Positions 63,094 through 64,000 of a stretch of 64,000 bases of DNA are shown piece by piece. Source of the stretch: Escherichia phage EF202P1. Under the pieces are notes generated by a model. The model ran no database searches and was not told the origin of the DNA. It worked only from the letters and a program-made list of their open reading frames with translations. Where the stretch lies: the sequence record OP172796.1, one strand, 5' to 3'. Both the position numbers and the translations under genes were made by a program. Numbering within the stretch: position 1 is the first letter of the stretch; every line of letters starts with the position of its first letter.

Positions 63094-64000
63094 TTAACCA
63101 ACACCCAATCTTTTTAGGTGGTGAGAGAAAGACGTTTGACTCACTTAATAAACACTACCCAAAAATCTTTGAACTATATAAACAACAAAAAGCACAAGAC
63201 TGGTCAGAAGATGAGTTCCCTTTTGAACAATCACGTCTTGATTTTGAAAGTGTCCCAGCATCAATGTCAGGTGTAATGCTTGAGATTCTTAAGTGGCAGT
63301 GGGAAGCAGATACCCAAGTTGCTAAGAGTTTAGCGTTTGCCTTTGCACCATTCATCTCTGATGACATTTATGCAACTGCAATTATGAAGCAGTCTGAGAT
63401 TGAAAACCTACATGCTCTTACTTACTCGGAGATTGTAAGACAATGTATTAAAAATCCTGAAACAATCTTAGATGAGATTAACCAGAACATTGCTGTACAA
63501 GACCGATTAAAAACTGTGAATCGTGTTCTTGAAGAATTACTGGATGAAGGTATAAACTATCGGCTGAGTTATGTTCGTGACTCACTTCTGGACAAAGACC
63601 CTTTACACTTCCATAAAGTGATTCTAAAAGGTCTATTTGCAGTGACTGCACTTGAAGGTATCTCTTTTATGGCATCCTTTGCATGTACTTTTGCACTTGA
63701 TGCTCAAGATAAATTTCAAGGTATTGCTCAAGCTGTACAGAAAATTATGCTTGACGAAATCCTTCACACTAAAATTGATATTGAAGTTTTAAAAGAAACT
63801 TTAAGAGATGATGAGTGGCAAAAAGCTTTCCAACAAATTCTTCCAGAGATTAAAGTAATCTTAGATGAAGTAGTTGAAAGTGAAGAAAAATGGTCGTATT
63901 ATATCTTCTCCGAAGGACGTGCTGTAGTTGGTTTAAATACAAAGCTTCTTCATGAGTGGGTTTACTATAATGCTGCCCCACTGTATGATATGTTTGGCAT
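63090..64000 (+). CDS. nrdB: ribonucleotide reductase small subunit-like diiron protein (partial, runs off the window end)
   Basis: Frame open from ATG 63090 to the window end; ferritin-like E..H motifs (EIENLHALTYSE; DEILHTKI); not listed in the ORF track because no stop is reached. Confidence 0.65.
   Translation, partial: MINQHPIFLGGERKTFDSLNKHYPKIFELYKQQKAQDWSEDEFPFEQSRLDFESVPASMSGVMLEILKWQWEADTQVAKSLAFAFAPFISDDIYATAIMKQSEIENLHALTYSEIVRQCIKNPETILDEINQNIAVQDRLKTVNRVLEELLDEGINYRLSYVRDSLLDKDPLHFHKVILKGLFAVTALEGISFMASFACTFALDAQDKFQGIAQAVQKIMLDEILHTKIDIEVLKETLRDDEWQKAFQQILPEIKVILDEVVESEEKWSYYIFSEGRAVVGLNTKLLHEWVYYNAAPLYDMFG

Overview
This window looks like a contiguous piece of a large virulent tailed-phage genome (no integrase or attachment site seen), about 39-40% GC, organised in strand-coherent modules. 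(1) 1-1934: one small ORF, then a ~1.5 kb ORF-free region dense in short direct repeats plus an AT-rich tract. (2) 1935-8914, minus strand: about 17 small, translationally coupled genes, including a T4-type lysozyme and two paralogous genes, one carrying tandem Ig-like domains. (3) 9143-16480, plus strand: an early block behind sigma70-like promoters with a basic protein, a vWA-domain protein, and a cluster of about 26 tRNA or tRNA-like genes interleaved with an HNH endonuclease gene, a membrane-protein gene and a family of covarying structured RNA-like elements. (4) 16703-40464, plus strand: morphogenesis module with terminase large subunit, portal, S49 prohead protease/scaffold, decoration-like protein, major capsid protein, sheath/tube-like tail genes, frameshifted tail chaperone, tape measure, baseplate genes and two His-rich tail fibers. 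(5) 40501-51468, minus strand: thymidylate synthase, DHFR, XRE-type HTH protein, ATP-dependent DNA ligase, family A DNA polymerase and small unknown genes, with two highly structured repeat-containing intergenic regions flanking a two-gene cassette. (6) 51696-64000, plus strand: dNMP-kinase-like protein, T7 gp4-like primase-helicase, SSB-like protein, FEN-type exonuclease, GIY-YIG endonuclease, MazG-like protein and ribonucleotide reductase NrdA plus a partial NrdB. The most unusual signal is in the tRNA cluster: four elements share a conserved bulged helix with compensatory base changes, and one contains a permuted tRNA-like domain, next to a vWA protein that may be Ro60-like. All calls come from reading the sequence and recognising motifs; no database search or RNA-folding computation was run, and boundaries are approximate.
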